Part shown: positions 62,792-64,000 of the stretch, in pieces | Layout of the letters: each line of letters opens with the position of its first letter | Position numbering within the stretch: position 1 is the stretch's first letter | Source: a virus | Strand: one strand, 5' to 3' | Length of the DNA stretch: 64,000 bases | IMG/VR virus record: IMGVR_UViG_3300045303_000152 | Coordinates: 32,001 to 96,000 of that record | Translations under genes and position numbers: made by a program | Notes under the pieces: model-generated | The model's input: the letters and a program-made list of their open reading frames with translations, nothing else | What the model was told of the DNA's origin: nothing | The model's database searches: none

Positions 62792-63750
62792 ATGAGGCAC
62801 TTCCTAAATTGCTACGCGCAATCGCTAACGGCACCGCTGCTAAAGAAGCAGGGCACGACGTTGCGCTTAATTTAGCTGCCAATAAGCTAGAAAGGCTGCA
62901 GGATCTTACAGTCACTACTATTGTTGAGGTATGGAATAGTTTCGAAGGTAAGGAGGAGTGGACTGTACGCAAAAACAAGCTTCGTAATGATAGTCGAATT
63001 TATGAAGTCTGCCGTTGTAGGATTGATGAACCAGCAAGTAACGAGACAATTAAAGTGTTAGAAGCATTTTATACAGATGAAGAGGCTTACGTATTTCGCA
63101 AACGAGCAAAAAATGAAGCGCGTGCCAAAGCGGTTCTGGAATTTATAGGAAAGGATCACTAATGAAACCCCAACTTAAACGTAGATTGGTTATCAAGCAA
63201 CCTGAGGCTCCATCTGAGGAAATTGCAGTTTCTATAATAGCCGAAGCTATCGTTGCAATTGCAGATGGCATTACAAACCTTCGCAATGGGCCACTGAATG
63301 ATAAGGCACTACTGCTTTTAATTCAGCATGCAATACCAACAAGGCATCGGCCGACCACACAGCAGATAAGCGCCGTGTTGGAAGGCATTCAAGATCTGAA
63401 GCGACAGTATATCAAACGGTAGGAGACTTACATGAGACCTGCAAAGATAGGCGGTTTCACCAACATCATGCGCAAGCCTGATAAATGGAACCACAAAATA
63501 CCTTGTGAAGATTTATATGTTCGTGCTGTGCGAAGCGCCGATGGCATGCCAACCGTGACTAGCGCTTGGCTACCTAGCAAGGAAGAACTCGAGCAATTGA
63601 ACAATGGCTGCCCGGTGCTGGTTTCCATCATAACAACCCAGCCGCTGCATCCTATGTCAATCAATGTTGGTACAGTTATCGATCTACTACCCGCTGCCGG
63701 CTTGCCGGGTGGTCCGAAGTTAGTCATTCCTAAAAAGGATCATAATTGAT

Positions 63751-64000
63751 ATGCATATATCAGCTAAGGAAATTTGGCGTGCTGTACCTGGATTGCCTTA
63801 CTATTATCAAGTAAGCAACCGTGGACGCATGCGTTCTTTGGCTCGCAAAGATAAACGTGGTTGGAATATAAAAACTCGTTATATGGTTGCTCGTGATAGA
63901 TTCTTAATAACTAATGAAGGAAATAAAATTTGGTGCCCTTTTGCTGCATTAGTACTAAAAGCGTTTGTAGGTCCTCCACCTGATGATTGCTACTTATCTA
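63751..64000 (+). CDS. NUMOD4-HNH endonuclease (partial)
   Basis: Hand translation: EIWRAVPG..YYQVSNRGRMRS...LVLKAFVGPPP. Confidence 0.8.
   Translation, partial: MHISAKEIWRAVPGLPYYYQVSNRGRMRSLARKDKRGWNIKTRYMVARDRFLITNEGNKIWCPFAALVLKAFVGPPPDDCYLS

Overview
A 64-kb segment of a tailed dsDNA phage genome. No integrase, tRNA, rRNA or CRISPR array was seen. The host is probably an alphaproteobacterium (inferred from a perfect CtrA box and Rhizobiales-like small secreted and membrane proteins). Layout: (1) 1-9 kb, minus strand, head and packaging genes: scaffold-like gene, a ChaB / Acb1-like 2H phosphoesterase / XkdF-like protease fusion, FkbM methyltransferase, head-tail adaptor, portal, TerL, TerS. 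(2) About 12.8-17.3 kb, a largely non-coding or early region; 2.6 kb of it is almost free of GGA/AGA/TCC/TCT and uses GGGG(G) ribosome-binding sites. (3) 17-36 kb, many small plus-strand genes with ArdC, an SF1 helicase, two ParB-like genes and a candidate ~440-nt structured antisense RNA. (4) 36-43 kb, three paralogous SAM methyltransferases, two paralogous glycosyltransferase-like genes, a 2OG-Fe(II) oxygenase and a MazG-like gene. (5) 43-64 kb, primase, sigma-like factor, a thymine-hypermodification module (aGPT-Pplase1-type, base-J-type glycosyltransferase, HD hydrolase, dUMP hydroxymethylase-like, DUF3310), beta clamp, UDG-fused family A polymerase, clamp loader, SSB, RecA and HNH endonucleases. 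A 14-bp palindrome GTTCAA-NN-TTGAAC recurs 8 times, once inside a DUF3102-like ORF. All product calls come from motif recognition by eye; no database search was run.
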